NCBI GenBank assembly: GCA_035260845.1
Contig: DATFUL010000013.1
Coordinates: 1-63,724 of the forward strand
Reading direction: 5' to 3'
Origin: Patescibacteria group bacterium
GTDB lineage: Bacteria; Patescibacteriota; Microgenomatia; UBA8517
Length of the DNA stretch: 63,724 nt
The notes under the pieces are model-generated. The model searched no databases. It saw only the letters and a program-made list of their open reading frames with translations, and was not told the origin of the DNA. Of the stretch, positions 19,193 through 28,261 are shown piece by piece. Every line of letters starts with the position of its first letter. Position 1 is the stretch's first letter. The position numbers and the translations under genes were made by a program.

Positions 19193-19816
19193 TTATCTGT
19201 TATCTACCATCATTAAACTAACTATATCATTCTGATCTCGGTTTAAAATATTTTTATTTTTTTGCATATAGATTGTCAAATCATCCTTTGTTAAATTGCT
19301 ATTCCAATAAATCCATATATACATATAGTTGTACTTACTTAAAGTTAAATTATTGAAATGTATACCATCTGAATCAATAAGAAATGTTTGAGGAACAGGT
19401 TTCTTGTCACCCCCGACATATATAAATGTCAATGGTATTGATAAATTGCTCCCACCTTCAGAGTTGGCGACCCTAAAACCATATATGTCTCCCCAGTCAT
19501 CTTCCAGGTATAAGATTTTATTGTCTTGGTCAAAAGAATTAAATCTACCTACTAACAAATATTCATAAACGCCACCTGTCTTCTCGTCGTCGACCCTTGT
19601 CACATATTTTTGCACACCACCTTTCGATTTAATGTTAAAGTGTTTGTATAGAATTCTGTCTATGTTGTACGTAAGAAAGACACGGGTTTTGACAAGATTT
19701 GGGTTTTTATAAATCAGGCTGGAATTTCCTAAGCTAGAATATAAAAACAACCAAAATAAAAAAAAAGTAAATAAGCTAGTCAGTAAAAAAGAGATAAAAA
19801 CCTTTTTCATGCTCAC
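19193..19816 (-). CDS. Membrane-anchored hypothetical protein
   Basis: N-terminal TM (FISFLLTSLFTFFLFWLFLY). No recognisable motif. 10 nt upstream of the 598-aa gene. Confidence 0.5.
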   Translation of the reverse strand: MSMKKVFISFLLTSLFTFFLFWLFLYSSLGNSSLIYKNPNLVKTRVFLTYNIDRILYKHFNIKSKGGVQKYVTRVDDEKTGGVYEYLLVGRFNSFDQDNKILYLEDDWGDIYGFRVANSEGGSNLSIPLTFIYVGGDKKPVPQTFLIDSDGIHFNNLTLSKYNYMYIWIYWNSNLTKDDLTIYMQKNKNILNRDQNDIVSLMMVDNR

Positions 19817-19912
19817 CCTTTACTATATTAGAACGTAATACTGGTGTCAAATGACCAACATATCTTGAAGAACGGCACCAAACCATCGAGTTGGTTAATA
19901 TCGATCCAGCGA

Positions 19913-20371
19913 CTATTTATTTTCTTGAGATTGGATCTGATGGTAGAAGAAGAGTTCCACTCCAGGTTCGTCCATTTGTACCTCACAAACTGGGTAATAC
20001 CCTGAAACTTTATTACCTGGTTCAATTTTTCCTTCACCATTGGGGTATATATATCCTCTAGATCCTGGTTCCCCTAGGTTGTAAGCTTCATACATACCTG
20101 TTTGTTCATTCAAATTAAAACCAACGTTTATAATTTGATAAAACTCTTGTAGTCCTTCATTAGAGAGATTTTCTGAAAATCCGCAAAAACGAAATTCTTC
20201 TTTAGGTGTTTCTGTTTGTGGCAAAGGACGAAATGCGACAGACCCAGCAGCTGCTGTGAGAGCAAAGAAGCTATTAATTATCACCCTCTTAATATTTGGG
20301 TTTTCAAGCGACAAAAGCGGAGCTCTCTTGAACTTTCTATCACTAATGTTTGTTTGTAACTGTCTTTCCAT
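19913..20371 (-). CDS. Small secreted/anchored hypothetical protein (paralog of 20438..20869)
   Basis: Hydrophobic N-terminal segment. Shares pattern (D/E)(Y/F)(W/Y)Q..V.(Y/F).LN..T..(F/Y)E..NL..PG..GY with its neighbour. Confidence 0.5.
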   Translation of the reverse strand: MERQLQTNISDRKFKRAPLLSLENPNIKRVIINSFFALTAAAGSVAFRPLPQTETPKEEFRFCGFSENLSNEGLQEFYQIINVGFNLNEQTGMYEAYNLGEPGSRGYIYPNGEGKIEPGNKVSGYYPVCEVQMDEPGVELFFYHQIQSQENK

Positions 20372-20437
20372 AAGCTTAAAATTTGAAACAGCTTATAGTA
20401 TACCTAATTACCTAATTTGTCAAACAGAACTCAAAAC

Positions 20438-20869
20438 CTATCCATCATTCGTATTGTCGTTTACAGGGCTATACTCGAATATGGTAACTCCGCCACCATA
20501 TTCACCCTCCTTTACGAAATTAAAACCTTCAACCTCATAGGGAGGGCCGTCAGAAGAGTTAAGGTTTTTAACGTAACCATCTTCTCCAGGCTGTAATAAA
20601 TTGGCCCACTCAAATTGCTTAGTTGCTGGATTTAACCTATATTCAACTTTGGCAACCTGCCAATAATCGTAATTACCGTCTGACAATCCCGGTTGAGGTG
20701 GCAACTCGTTACTATGTTGACTTGAAAAAGAATCCGCCTTGCCTTGCAATCTCCCTGTCTGTTTTGATTCTGGAGCAACACTGCTATACAAAGCATTGGC
20801 GATCAGTGATGATGTCAAAATAACTTTTGTGGCTAATGACAAACCTTCGTGTCCAAAGACTCGATCCAT
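20438..20869 (-). CDS. Small secreted/anchored hypothetical protein (paralog of 19913..20371)
   Basis: Hydrophobic N-terminus (KVILTSSLIANALYSSVA). Shares the motif described for 19913..20371. Confidence 0.5.
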   Translation of the reverse strand: MDRVFGHEGLSLATKVILTSSLIANALYSSVAPESKQTGRLQGKADSFSSQHSNELPPQPGLSDGNYDYWQVAKVEYRLNPATKQFEWANLLQPGEDGYVKNLNSSDGPPYEVEGFNFVKEGEYGGGVTIFEYSPVNDNTNDG

Positions 20870-20944
20870 AAAATGATGATAGTACCTATATTATTGGATG
20901 TCAAGTTGTTTGCTTTTCATTTTCTGTGCTGTAATATTAATTAA

Positions 20945-21451
20945 ATGGACGAAAATGTTGTGAATGTTCCAAGCCAGGCCCCCAGGACAAATATCTGGTT
21001 TTTAGTACTTGGAGTTCTTGTTGTCATCTTTTTAATTCTAGTTGGTTTTTTATATTTTCAGACTAAAAAAGTAGCCCCTATTACTTCAAATACCACCACT
21101 ACAAACGCACCTAATAATTCAATCGTAAATATACCAAAGTCCAGCAATGATCCCACCAGTGAGCCTTTGTATACATTTAATTGTCCGGACAATTCTAACC
21201 CAACAATTGACATAACCGGTGGAGATGGAACAAATAAACCTTTTACTCAAGTAACTTGTACAGAAACCGGGAATCCAAATAATAAAGCTAGGATTTATTC
21301 TCTATCTGTAAACGCTAAAGAAATAACCGAGCCTGGATTCACATTTGTAAAATCCTTTGATGCAAATGGCGGAACACAAAAAGTTTTTATAACCAGTAAC
21401 AACCAAGCCTTTTTTGATTCTGTGGTTGCAAGCTTCAAGTTTGGTCAGTAA
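20945..21451 (+). CDS. Membrane-anchored hypothetical protein
   Basis: TM segment IWFLVLGVLVVIFLILVGFLYF, then an Asn/Thr/Pro-rich linker and a small globular part. Confidence 0.5.
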   Translation: MDENVVNVPSQAPRTNIWFLVLGVLVVIFLILVGFLYFQTKKVAPITSNTTTTNAPNNSIVNIPKSSNDPTSEPLYTFNCPDNSNPTIDITGGDGTNKPFTQVTCTETGNPNNKARIYSLSVNAKEITEPGFTFVKSFDANGGTQKVFITSNNQAFFDSVVASFKFGQ

Positions 21452-21671
21452 TTCATAAATAACAAGGAGCCTCCTTTAAAGGGTACGCCTAGCGGTCATC
21501 GGGTTGTGAAAGTTTGTGGATTTTTGGCCAATTCTTTTTCATTGTCTCGACCTTCCAGCCAATGTTGCCAGTGGATTCTTTTTGGCTTTCCGCAGCCCTG
21601 GAGTCTGCGCACAAATCGTTAATGAATTATCAGTAAAGGGTAATTCCTGTAGACCTCCTTTTCCACCAGTT

Positions 21672-22250
21672 CTATCTTACTAATTGAAGTAGGTCTTTGT
21701 AACTATGGTACGTTTTACCATGTATTTTATATTTCTCCTGAGCGATTGAAATATAGTCTTTGTTATCATCAATATAAAGTAAATCCTCATTTTTGTAAGA
21801 TTCTAAAATTGTTAAATACATTTTATTTTCTGGTTTCATATAACCCATATACCCAGATGTAAAAAATTTGGTGAAATATTTGTCCAGGGAATACATTTTT
21901 ATTCTATAATCCATCCACTCTTTAGGAGAATTATTACATGACACCAAAGTAAATTTTGTAGATAATATAGAAAGCAAATCTAGGGTCTTTGGAATTGGTA
22001 GTATGTAAGATCTATAGAGTTTTTTGAGTTCAAGGGAATCTATTGTTTGTAGATCTACTTTTTCTAATACACTTTCCCAGTATTCGGTTTCTGACATTTT
22101 ACCGGTATAAAAGGGTTTTTTGTATTTGTCTAATGCTTTTTTAAAGTCACTTGTTTTAATGTGTAACCTTTTGCTAATCTCAGGTATTCCTTGCAATCGC
22201 CATGCGGGATAAAAAAATATTCCACCTATATCAAGTAGAAGAGTTTTCAC
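21672..22250 (-). CDS. HAD-superfamily hydrolase
   Basis: N-terminal LLLDIGG (DxG variant of HAD motif I) and C-terminal YIDDNKDY (motif IV-like). Confidence 0.6.
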   Translation of the reverse strand: MKTLLLDIGGIFFYPAWRLQGIPEISKRLHIKTSDFKKALDKYKKPFYTGKMSETEYWESVLEKVDLQTIDSLELKKLYRSYILPIPKTLDLLSILSTKFTLVSCNNSPKEWMDYRIKMYSLDKYFTKFFTSGYMGYMKPENKMYLTILESYKNEDLLYIDDNKDYISIAQEKYKIHGKTYHSYKDLLQLVR

Positions 22251-22262
22251 AATTGCATTCTA

Positions 22263-22964
22263 TTACTTTTGTTCAGAGAATGCTCGAAGCAAGGCACCTG
22301 CACAGATAAAATCAATTTCATCATTAATATTAATTGATCGTTCTTTTGGCATGACATATCCCCTTGAATCTTTTCCAAAAAGGCTGCCCTCTATTATAGT
22401 TTTTGTTCTCGTTACATATACTGCACCATTGCGTCGATAAACTGTTGGTAAATCTTGACGAATTATTGGTGCATTCTCTTCACCTTTATGCATTGATGAC
22501 ACCCTAAATTCTCCATCAAGAGTTTTAAGCCGTATGGGGTGGGCAGTAGAATCTGCAAACAAACTTACTACTGAGTCCGCTTCAGTTCGAATCAGTAAAT
22601 CTATTGCATTAGATATGTCTTGAGGAGCTCTTAGTGGGGTGGTTGCTCTCATTGTTGTTACGAGTTCAAAAGTCTCTCCAGAATTTATTAAATCTTTTAC
22701 AACATATTGAATGACTGGAAAGGTAGCCTTACCTTCTGTTGATAATTCTGGTGGGTGCCGGTAAACTTCAGCTCCATATTCCCTAGCAACAGACTCTATA
22801 TCATCGCTATCAGTAGATACAAGTAGTCTTGTAATATATGCGCACTGTTGAGCGGCCTCAATTGTGTAAGCAATAAGAGGTTTCCCTTCAAGCAGTTTGA
22901 TATTTTTATTTTCTAATCCTTTCGAGCCACCACGTGTTGGAATAAATCCAAGTATTTCTCTCAT
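22263..22964 (-). CDS. Acylneuraminate / ulosonic-acid cytidylyltransferase (CMP-sugar synthetase family)
   Basis: IPTRGGSKGLENKNIKLLEGKPLIAYTI is the N-terminal signature of the CMP-NeuAc / CMP-Kdo synthetase family. Confidence 0.8.
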   Translation of the reverse strand: MREILGFIPTRGGSKGLENKNIKLLEGKPLIAYTIEAAQQCAYITRLLVSTDSDDIESVAREYGAEVYRHPPELSTEGKATFPVIQYVVKDLINSGETFELVTTMRATTPLRAPQDISNAIDLLIRTEADSVVSLFADSTAHPIRLKTLDGEFRVSSMHKGEENAPIIRQDLPTVYRRNGAVYVTRTKTIIEGSLFGKDSRGYVMPKERSININDEIDFICAGALLRAFSEQK

Positions 22965-23142
22965 GCGCAGTGATTATACCAGGTTTATTTTCGCTTTCGA
23001 ATTAAAAAGAAAAAGTTTCTTTTATTTAACAAGGTCGGACCATGTCACCGGCACACAGTGTTCATTACGAGCAGTATATGTTGCAAGCTTCACATTTACA
23101 CAATAATTAATTGTAATTTTCGGTTGTTGTTGTTATATTTAA

Positions 23143-23973
23143 TTGATGAAAGTTAGTAAAAAATTCGAAAGTGGACAAGCTTTGGTTTTGGTTCTTCTGG
23201 CCTTAGCTGTTGTACTTACCGTAGTCCTTTTTATTTTAAGTAGGAGTATTACAGACATTTCGGTTTCTACGAGCGAAAGCGCGGCAGTTAGTGCTTTTTC
23301 CGCTGCTGAAGCTGGAGTTGAGCAGGCTTTGGTTGTGGGAACAGGAGGCAACTCAGATGTTGGTACTGCAAGTTATAGTTCGCAAGTAACAAGTGTTGCC
23401 TCGGGGGCAACCAGTTTTATTTACCCGGTTGAATTTAACTCGGGGGATGCGGCTACCCTATGGTTTAAGTCACAAGATAGTAGCAGTGATTTTAATGGCA
23501 ACACCCTAAAAATTTGCTGGGGAAAAGCGGGAACCGCGAGTGGTGCTGCAGTTACACCAGCTCTTGAGGTGGTTGTTCTTTATGAAACAGTAGCTAACGA
23601 CCCCGCTACAACTAAAATTTTTAGAGTAACGGCAGACCCCTACTCCGGTCGTAATCCATCAAATTCTTTTGATTCAGCGGGAGGCAGCTGCACCGTTACA
23701 GGACAGGTATTTCCATTCTCTAAAACAATTAGTTTGGCTGGACTTAATAATCCCCAATTTGCTTATGTTCGTTTGTTCTATAACACTGATACCGCTCAAC
23801 CAATTGCTTTTGATACTACAACAGCGGCAACATTTCCTTCTCAGGGAATTTTAGTTGACTCATCAGGGACCGCGGGGCAGTCTAGCCGTAAAGTTGAGGT
23901 TTTTCAGAGTTGGCCCGAAATCCCAAGTATATTTCAGTTTGCAGTTTATAGCTCAACTGGGATCACGAAATAG
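23143..23973 (+). CDS. PilX-N-like pilus-associated protein
   Basis: ESGQALVLVLLALAVVLTVVLFILSRS...AFSAAEAGVEQAL resembles the PilX N-terminal domain. Ser/Thr/Ala-rich remainder. Confidence 0.55.
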   Translation: MMKVSKKFESGQALVLVLLALAVVLTVVLFILSRSITDISVSTSESAAVSAFSAAEAGVEQALVVGTGGNSDVGTASYSSQVTSVASGATSFIYPVEFNSGDAATLWFKSQDSSSDFNGNTLKICWGKAGTASGAAVTPALEVVVLYETVANDPATTKIFRVTADPYSGRNPSNSFDSAGGSCTVTGQVFPFSKTISLAGLNNPQFAYVRLFYNTDTAQPIAFDTTTAATFPSQGILVDSSGTAGQSSRKVEVFQSWPEIPSIFQFAVYSSTGITK

Positions 23974-24179
23974 TTTGATGAGTTAACTATTAATTAATAT
24001 CTATCTACGATTCTATTAAGAAGCAAACAGACGAAAAAGGTATAGATATTTCTGAGATTGAGAATGTTAAAAAAACATTCTTTACGCAAAGTGGCAAATC
24101 TCCTCACGAAGCATTCTGGAAGCCAACAGGTATTGTATTTGGTTATCCTTTTTTTAAAGAACTGACATCTAATTTAGAT

Positions 24180-24659
24180 TTGCTAAGAAAAAACATTCTA
24201 GAAAAAGAATTAGAATTAAGACCAGATTCGTTTTGGCTACCTGACCAAAAAGATTTACATATTACTATTGTTAGTTATAGCCATTATTCACAAGTTGGTT
24301 TAAATGTGGTTTCATTACCAAAAACAGAACAGCCTGAAGTTGGTAAAATTATTAAAAGTTTCGATCCTGTGTCTATTACACTTGACGGAGTTGTCATTAC
24401 AAGTAATGGATCGTTGTTAATAAAGGGGTATGTTGATAATGACGAATTAACAAAAATTAGAGAGGCATTGAAGAAAAATGTAAAAGGTATTACACAAATA
24501 CCACAAAATCTAGTACACATGAAGCTAGCCCAGATATTAACTAGCGTGCCATATGAACTGGTCGAGAAAGTAAACCGTTTATATTCACAACATCCTTTTG
24601 GTAAAATAAGATTTCAGTATGCAACTGGTCCGGACAGAGAACATTACTATTTCAAATAG
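24180..24659 (+). CDS. Hypothetical protein (possible 2H-phosphoesterase-like). Start uncertain; frame is open from 23994.
   Basis: One HxT motif (DLHITIV) and a degenerate second one (VHMKLA). Protein-like sequence continues 62 codons upstream with no ATG or GTG. Confidence 0.4.
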   Translation: MLRKNILEKELELRPDSFWLPDQKDLHITIVSYSHYSQVGLNVVSLPKTEQPEVGKIIKSFDPVSITLDGVVITSNGSLLIKGYVDNDELTKIREALKKNVKGITQIPQNLVHMKLAQILTSVPYELVEKVNRLYSQHPFGKIRFQYATGPDREHYYFK

Positions 24660-24776
24660 AGTCTCACAGAAATTGACATTCAGTTTTTGCTAAAAAGATA
24701 TATCACTCTAACATTTACAAACCACCATTTACTTAAACATTGTTTTTTTGTTATAGTTAACAAGTAATAACTGCCC

Positions 24777-25790
24777 ATGGTTGGAATTGACATTGGTACC
24801 AAAACTATAAAAATTGTAGAAGTTCAAAAGGAGGGTGCTTCTTATTCCCTAACAGCCTCCGGGATTGTCGGATTTTCTGGCAACAATGTTGAGAAGATGG
24901 TCGATGAAAAGGAAATGGCCACTTTTGCCCAGGTTATCCGTAAACTTCACGCCGAAGCCGGAGTCACCAGTCGCGATGTTGTTATTTCCATTCCGGAACA
25001 GTCGGCATTCACTAGAACTGTTACGTTCCCCCTTTTAACCGATGCAGAAATTGCTTCAGCCGTAAAATGGGAACTTGAACAATACATTCCGATCCCAGCC
25101 GCGGAGGCTATTAGTCAGCACATAATCTTGGAAAGAAACGAAAAGACATCTCCGCCTTCAGTCTTAGTTTTACTCGTTGCGGCACCTCGGGTAATTGTAG
25201 AAAAATATACAAAAATAGTTACCATGGCAGGGCTTACCCCGGTTGCTGTTGAAACAGAGCTTATTGCTTTAACTAGATCTTTAGCACCCCCCGATAAAAC
25301 TGTACTTTTAATGGATTTGGGAGCTAATTCAACTGATATTGCAATTTCCAAAAACGGCATGCTTTGTTTTAGTAGGTCAATTCCACTAGCCGGTGAAGCT
25401 TTTACACGCGCAGTTTCGCAAGGATTAGGAGTTACACAAATTCAAGCTGAAGAATATAAAAAGACCTACGGCCTTACCCCTAGCCAACTTGAAGGCAAGG
25501 TTAAAGTTGCCTTGGACCCAGTGTTACGGTTGGTTGTTGATGAAGTTAAAAAGGCAATTAGTTTTTACCAATCCGAGCAAAAAGGTGAAGCACCGACTTC
25601 GATCCAAATTTCAGGAGGCAGTAGTGGTATGCCGCAAATAATTAGAGCTTTAACTGAACTATTGGGGATTGAAGTTTCAATTGCCAATCCATTTAAAAAG
25701 GTTCAAATGGATCCTGAAGTCGCCAAAAAGCTTGCCCCGTACGCACCTCTTTATTCTGTAGCAGCGGGGCTTGCGATGCGGGAACAATAA
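24777..25790 (+). CDS. pilM: Type IV pilus assembly protein PilM (actin-like ATPase fold)
   Basis: MVGIDIGTKTIKIVEV phosphate-1 motif, LMDLGANSTDI, and ISGGSSGMP near the C-terminus. Confidence 0.85.
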   Translation: MVGIDIGTKTIKIVEVQKEGASYSLTASGIVGFSGNNVEKMVDEKEMATFAQVIRKLHAEAGVTSRDVVISIPEQSAFTRTVTFPLLTDAEIASAVKWELEQYIPIPAAEAISQHIILERNEKTSPPSVLVLLVAAPRVIVEKYTKIVTMAGLTPVAVETELIALTRSLAPPDKTVLLMDLGANSTDIAISKNGMLCFSRSIPLAGEAFTRAVSQGLGVTQIQAEEYKKTYGLTPSQLEGKVKVALDPVLRLVVDEVKKAISFYQSEQKGEAPTSIQISGGSSGMPQIIRALTELLGIEVSIANPFKKVQMDPEVAKKLAPYAPLYSVAAGLAMREQ

Positions 25791-25792
25791 AT

Positions 25793-26326
25793 ATGGCAGT
25801 TAAACTCAACTTACTTCCCGAAGGTTATGCTCTAAGCGGGCCTTTGAGCCAGGTTGTAAAACTGGTAAGGCCCTTAAACGTGATTCTTTTGGCATTTTTT
25901 TTAATTGTTGTACTTGGAATGGGTGGATTTTTTATCTTTAGTTCGTTTTCGTTAAGAAACCTAAATACCGCTAACGATGCTCTTAAAAGTAAAATTCAAT
26001 CTCAAGCTACTGCTCAACAGCAAATAGTTTTACTTAAAGATAGGTTAAAGCAAATCAAAACTGTTCAAGGTTTACCAACTGCACTTAAAAACATGACAAG
26101 TATTACTCCCCTTTTGGCTTCCAGTTCGGGAACCATCCTTGTATCTGAACTTGGGGTTGATCCACAAAAAGCAGCAGTCTCGGTTGTTTTTAGATCAAAT
26201 TCTGATTTAACAAGTTTTGTTAGAAGTTTAAATACCGTTAAATCTTTTAATACTGTTTCTTTGGGTGCTTTTAGTTATAACCCGGGAAGTGGTTATTTGG
26301 TAACACTTAACTTTAGTACTAAATAA
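25793..26326 (+). CDS. pilN: PilN-like bitopic protein
   Basis: Short cytoplasmic N-terminus (VKLNLLP), one TM and a coiled segment. Position directly after pilM. Confidence 0.5.
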   Translation: MAVKLNLLPEGYALSGPLSQVVKLVRPLNVILLAFFLIVVLGMGGFFIFSSFSLRNLNTANDALKSKIQSQATAQQQIVLLKDRLKQIKTVQGLPTALKNMTSITPLLASSSGTILVSELGVDPQKAAVSVVFRSNSDLTSFVRSLNTVKSFNTVSLGAFSYNPGSGYLVTLNFSTK

Positions 26327-26329
26327 AAT

Positions 26330-27007
26330 ATGCCAAAAATACCTGAAAATATACTGATAGTAGCCAAGGCGGTATTACCATTAATTTTTATTATTGGTCT
26401 ATTTGTGATAGTTGGTCAATTTGGTTTTAGTAAGATTAAAGAAATAAGAAATCAAATTACTACTGCAAATTCAGTTCAGGCAGTCTTAAGTCAAAAATCA
26501 GATATTTTAGGCAACATTGCGGTAAGTGGGACCGCATTTTCAAACGCGGCTGTCTCCGCACTTCCGAGTACAAACCCTGCCCTTTCTGTTACCTCCCAAA
26601 TTAAAATATTGGCAAGCTCTTTAGGACTTTTGGTTAGTGAAGTAAAAGCAGGAAGCCCGACAAACGACCCTCTGGGTTTTTCTAGCGTCACAGTTAGTTT
26701 TAATGTGATTGGGCCCAGGCCACAAATTGAAATATTTTTAAAAGGCATTGGTTTGTTTGCACCAATCACAAATGTAGATAGAATAAAAATTTCGGAAAGT
26801 ACTCCGGGAAGCGCCTTGGGAAGCATTACGGTTCGGTCATTTTTTGCTCCGTTTCCGACTAAAATTCCGGGAACAACGGATGCAATTACCGATTTAACTC
26901 CTGAAGAGCAGACAATGCTTAAAAGTATTAGTACTCTAACTCAGCCTTTGTTTAGCCAAATTCCAGCCGCTTCGGGGAGTGGAAAAATAGATCCATTTGG
27001 ACAGTGA
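26330..27007 (+). CDS. pilO: PilO-like bitopic protein
   Basis: One TM plus a coiled segment. Called from synteny after pilM/pilN only. Confidence 0.4.
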   Translation: MPKIPENILIVAKAVLPLIFIIGLFVIVGQFGFSKIKEIRNQITTANSVQAVLSQKSDILGNIAVSGTAFSNAAVSALPSTNPALSVTSQIKILASSLGLLVSEVKAGSPTNDPLGFSSVTVSFNVIGPRPQIEIFLKGIGLFAPITNVDRIKISESTPGSALGSITVRSFFAPFPTKIPGTTDAITDLTPEEQTMLKSISTLTQPLFSQIPAASGSGKIDPFGQ

Positions 27008-27010
27008 TTA

Positions 27011-27790
27011 CTATTTGTTTTGGATCTCAGATTGCGGGATGAAGCCTTTTTGTAGTTGGGATCCGTATTGTGTTGATTTGTCAATTGTGACTAAAACTCT
27101 TTGCATCTCTCTATAACCTTTGAAATCTCTTCTTCCGTGTAAGATTCTTTTGTTATTTACAATATATCCCTCATTTTTAGATAGCTGAAAAGTAATCTTA
27201 AAATCGTTTAATATTTTCATAAATTGTTCCAATATTCTCGATATTGGACCTGCATAAAACCCCCACATGTCACCTCTAAACCTCAAAGTTATGTGTTCAT
27301 CTTCGGTTGATTTGTTAAATATTGTCCCTATAAAAGGATTATTTTTAGGATTACCGAATACCGCTGATTCAGGTGTGCTTAACAATTTGAGCATATCTAG
27401 TTTATTTGCAGCCATGTAGTCATATATCTTTTTGCCATCAATCATAAATGACTCTCCACCACTCGTTGATGGTGTTTCACAATAAAGTGCAAGGAGATCT
27501 GCAGGATCGGCAACTCCAGTTCCATCTGTATGTGGTATGAGCTCACTGTTTGTAAACCCTAAATTGCTTTCTTTAATAGTGGTTTCTTTTGGAGCGACAA
27601 TTGTAATACCCCTTTTATCTGAGTCCCTATGTAATATAGGTTTTCCAAATAAACCAACCAAATTCAACAACTCGTCAGGTGTTTTCATTGGAGAAAAAAC
27701 TACGAAACCAAATTCGTTCAGAGAATTTAATATTTTTTCGCCTGCATTTTTATCTTGCAGATTTACAGTATTAGGTTTTAAAATTTTCAT
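27011..27790 (-). CDS. TauD/TfdA-family Fe(II)/2-oxoglutarate dioxygenase
   Basis: IPHTDGT (HxD), SGGESFMIDG and NNKRILHGRRDF match the TauD/TfdA / gamma-butyrobetaine hydroxylase pattern. Confidence 0.7.
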   Translation of the reverse strand: MKILKPNTVNLQDKNAGEKILNSLNEFGFVVFSPMKTPDELLNLVGLFGKPILHRDSDKRGITIVAPKETTIKESNLGFTNSELIPHTDGTGVADPADLLALYCETPSTSGGESFMIDGKKIYDYMAANKLDMLKLLSTPESAVFGNPKNNPFIGTIFNKSTEDEHITLRFRGDMWGFYAGPISRILEQFMKILNDFKITFQLSKNEGYIVNNKRILHGRRDFKGYREMQRVLVTIDKSTQYGSQLQKGFIPQSEIQNK

Positions 27791-28212
27791 TGTTTCTTAT
27801 TCTTCTGAGAATAGCTTTTGTTAATAGCATTCTTGTAGAAATTTTCCATATGGAGAGAGTCTATTACTGAAATGTTAGTGGATTTAAATTCAGCAGGGCC
27901 AGATTCCCCCATAAATTCAAACTTCCCTGACTTTTTTAAAATTGAACATGAATACACTAAAACAAGTACGCCTGATGACTCGTCGATTGATCCAGGTATC
28001 GTGAGTATTGTCGCATCTGTAATATTTAACACATCAACCAAAAACCCAAGTTCTTCTAGAAGTTCTCGTTTTAATGCTGCTTCTGGTTGTTCACCCTTGT
28101 CAATCTTTCCGCCAGGTAGCTCCCACTCTTGTCTTTCATTTTTACGTATCCAGACATTGTCGTCTTCAAAAATAACTCCTTTTACTGAAATTGGAAGCAT
28201 CTCTATACCCAT
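27787..28212 (-). CDS. NUDIX hydrolase
   Basis: Nudix box GGKIDKGEQPEAALKRELLEELG. 4-nt overlap with the dioxygenase gene. Confidence 0.8.
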   Translation of the reverse strand: MGIEMLPISVKGVIFEDDNVWIRKNERQEWELPGGKIDKGEQPEAALKRELLEELGFLVDVLNITDATILTIPGSIDESSGVLVLVYSCSILKKSGKFEFMGESGPAEFKSTNISVIDSLHMENFYKNAINKSYSQKNKKQ

Positions 28213-28261
28213 TGTTGTGCAAGTGTAGCATAACGATGACTCAAGTTAAACTTTTTTTATT

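Noticed and set aside
19828-20040. 70-aa minus-strand ORF.
   Set aside because: It overlaps the 3' part of the 152-aa paralog gene in a different frame. The paralog has supporting similarity to its neighbour.
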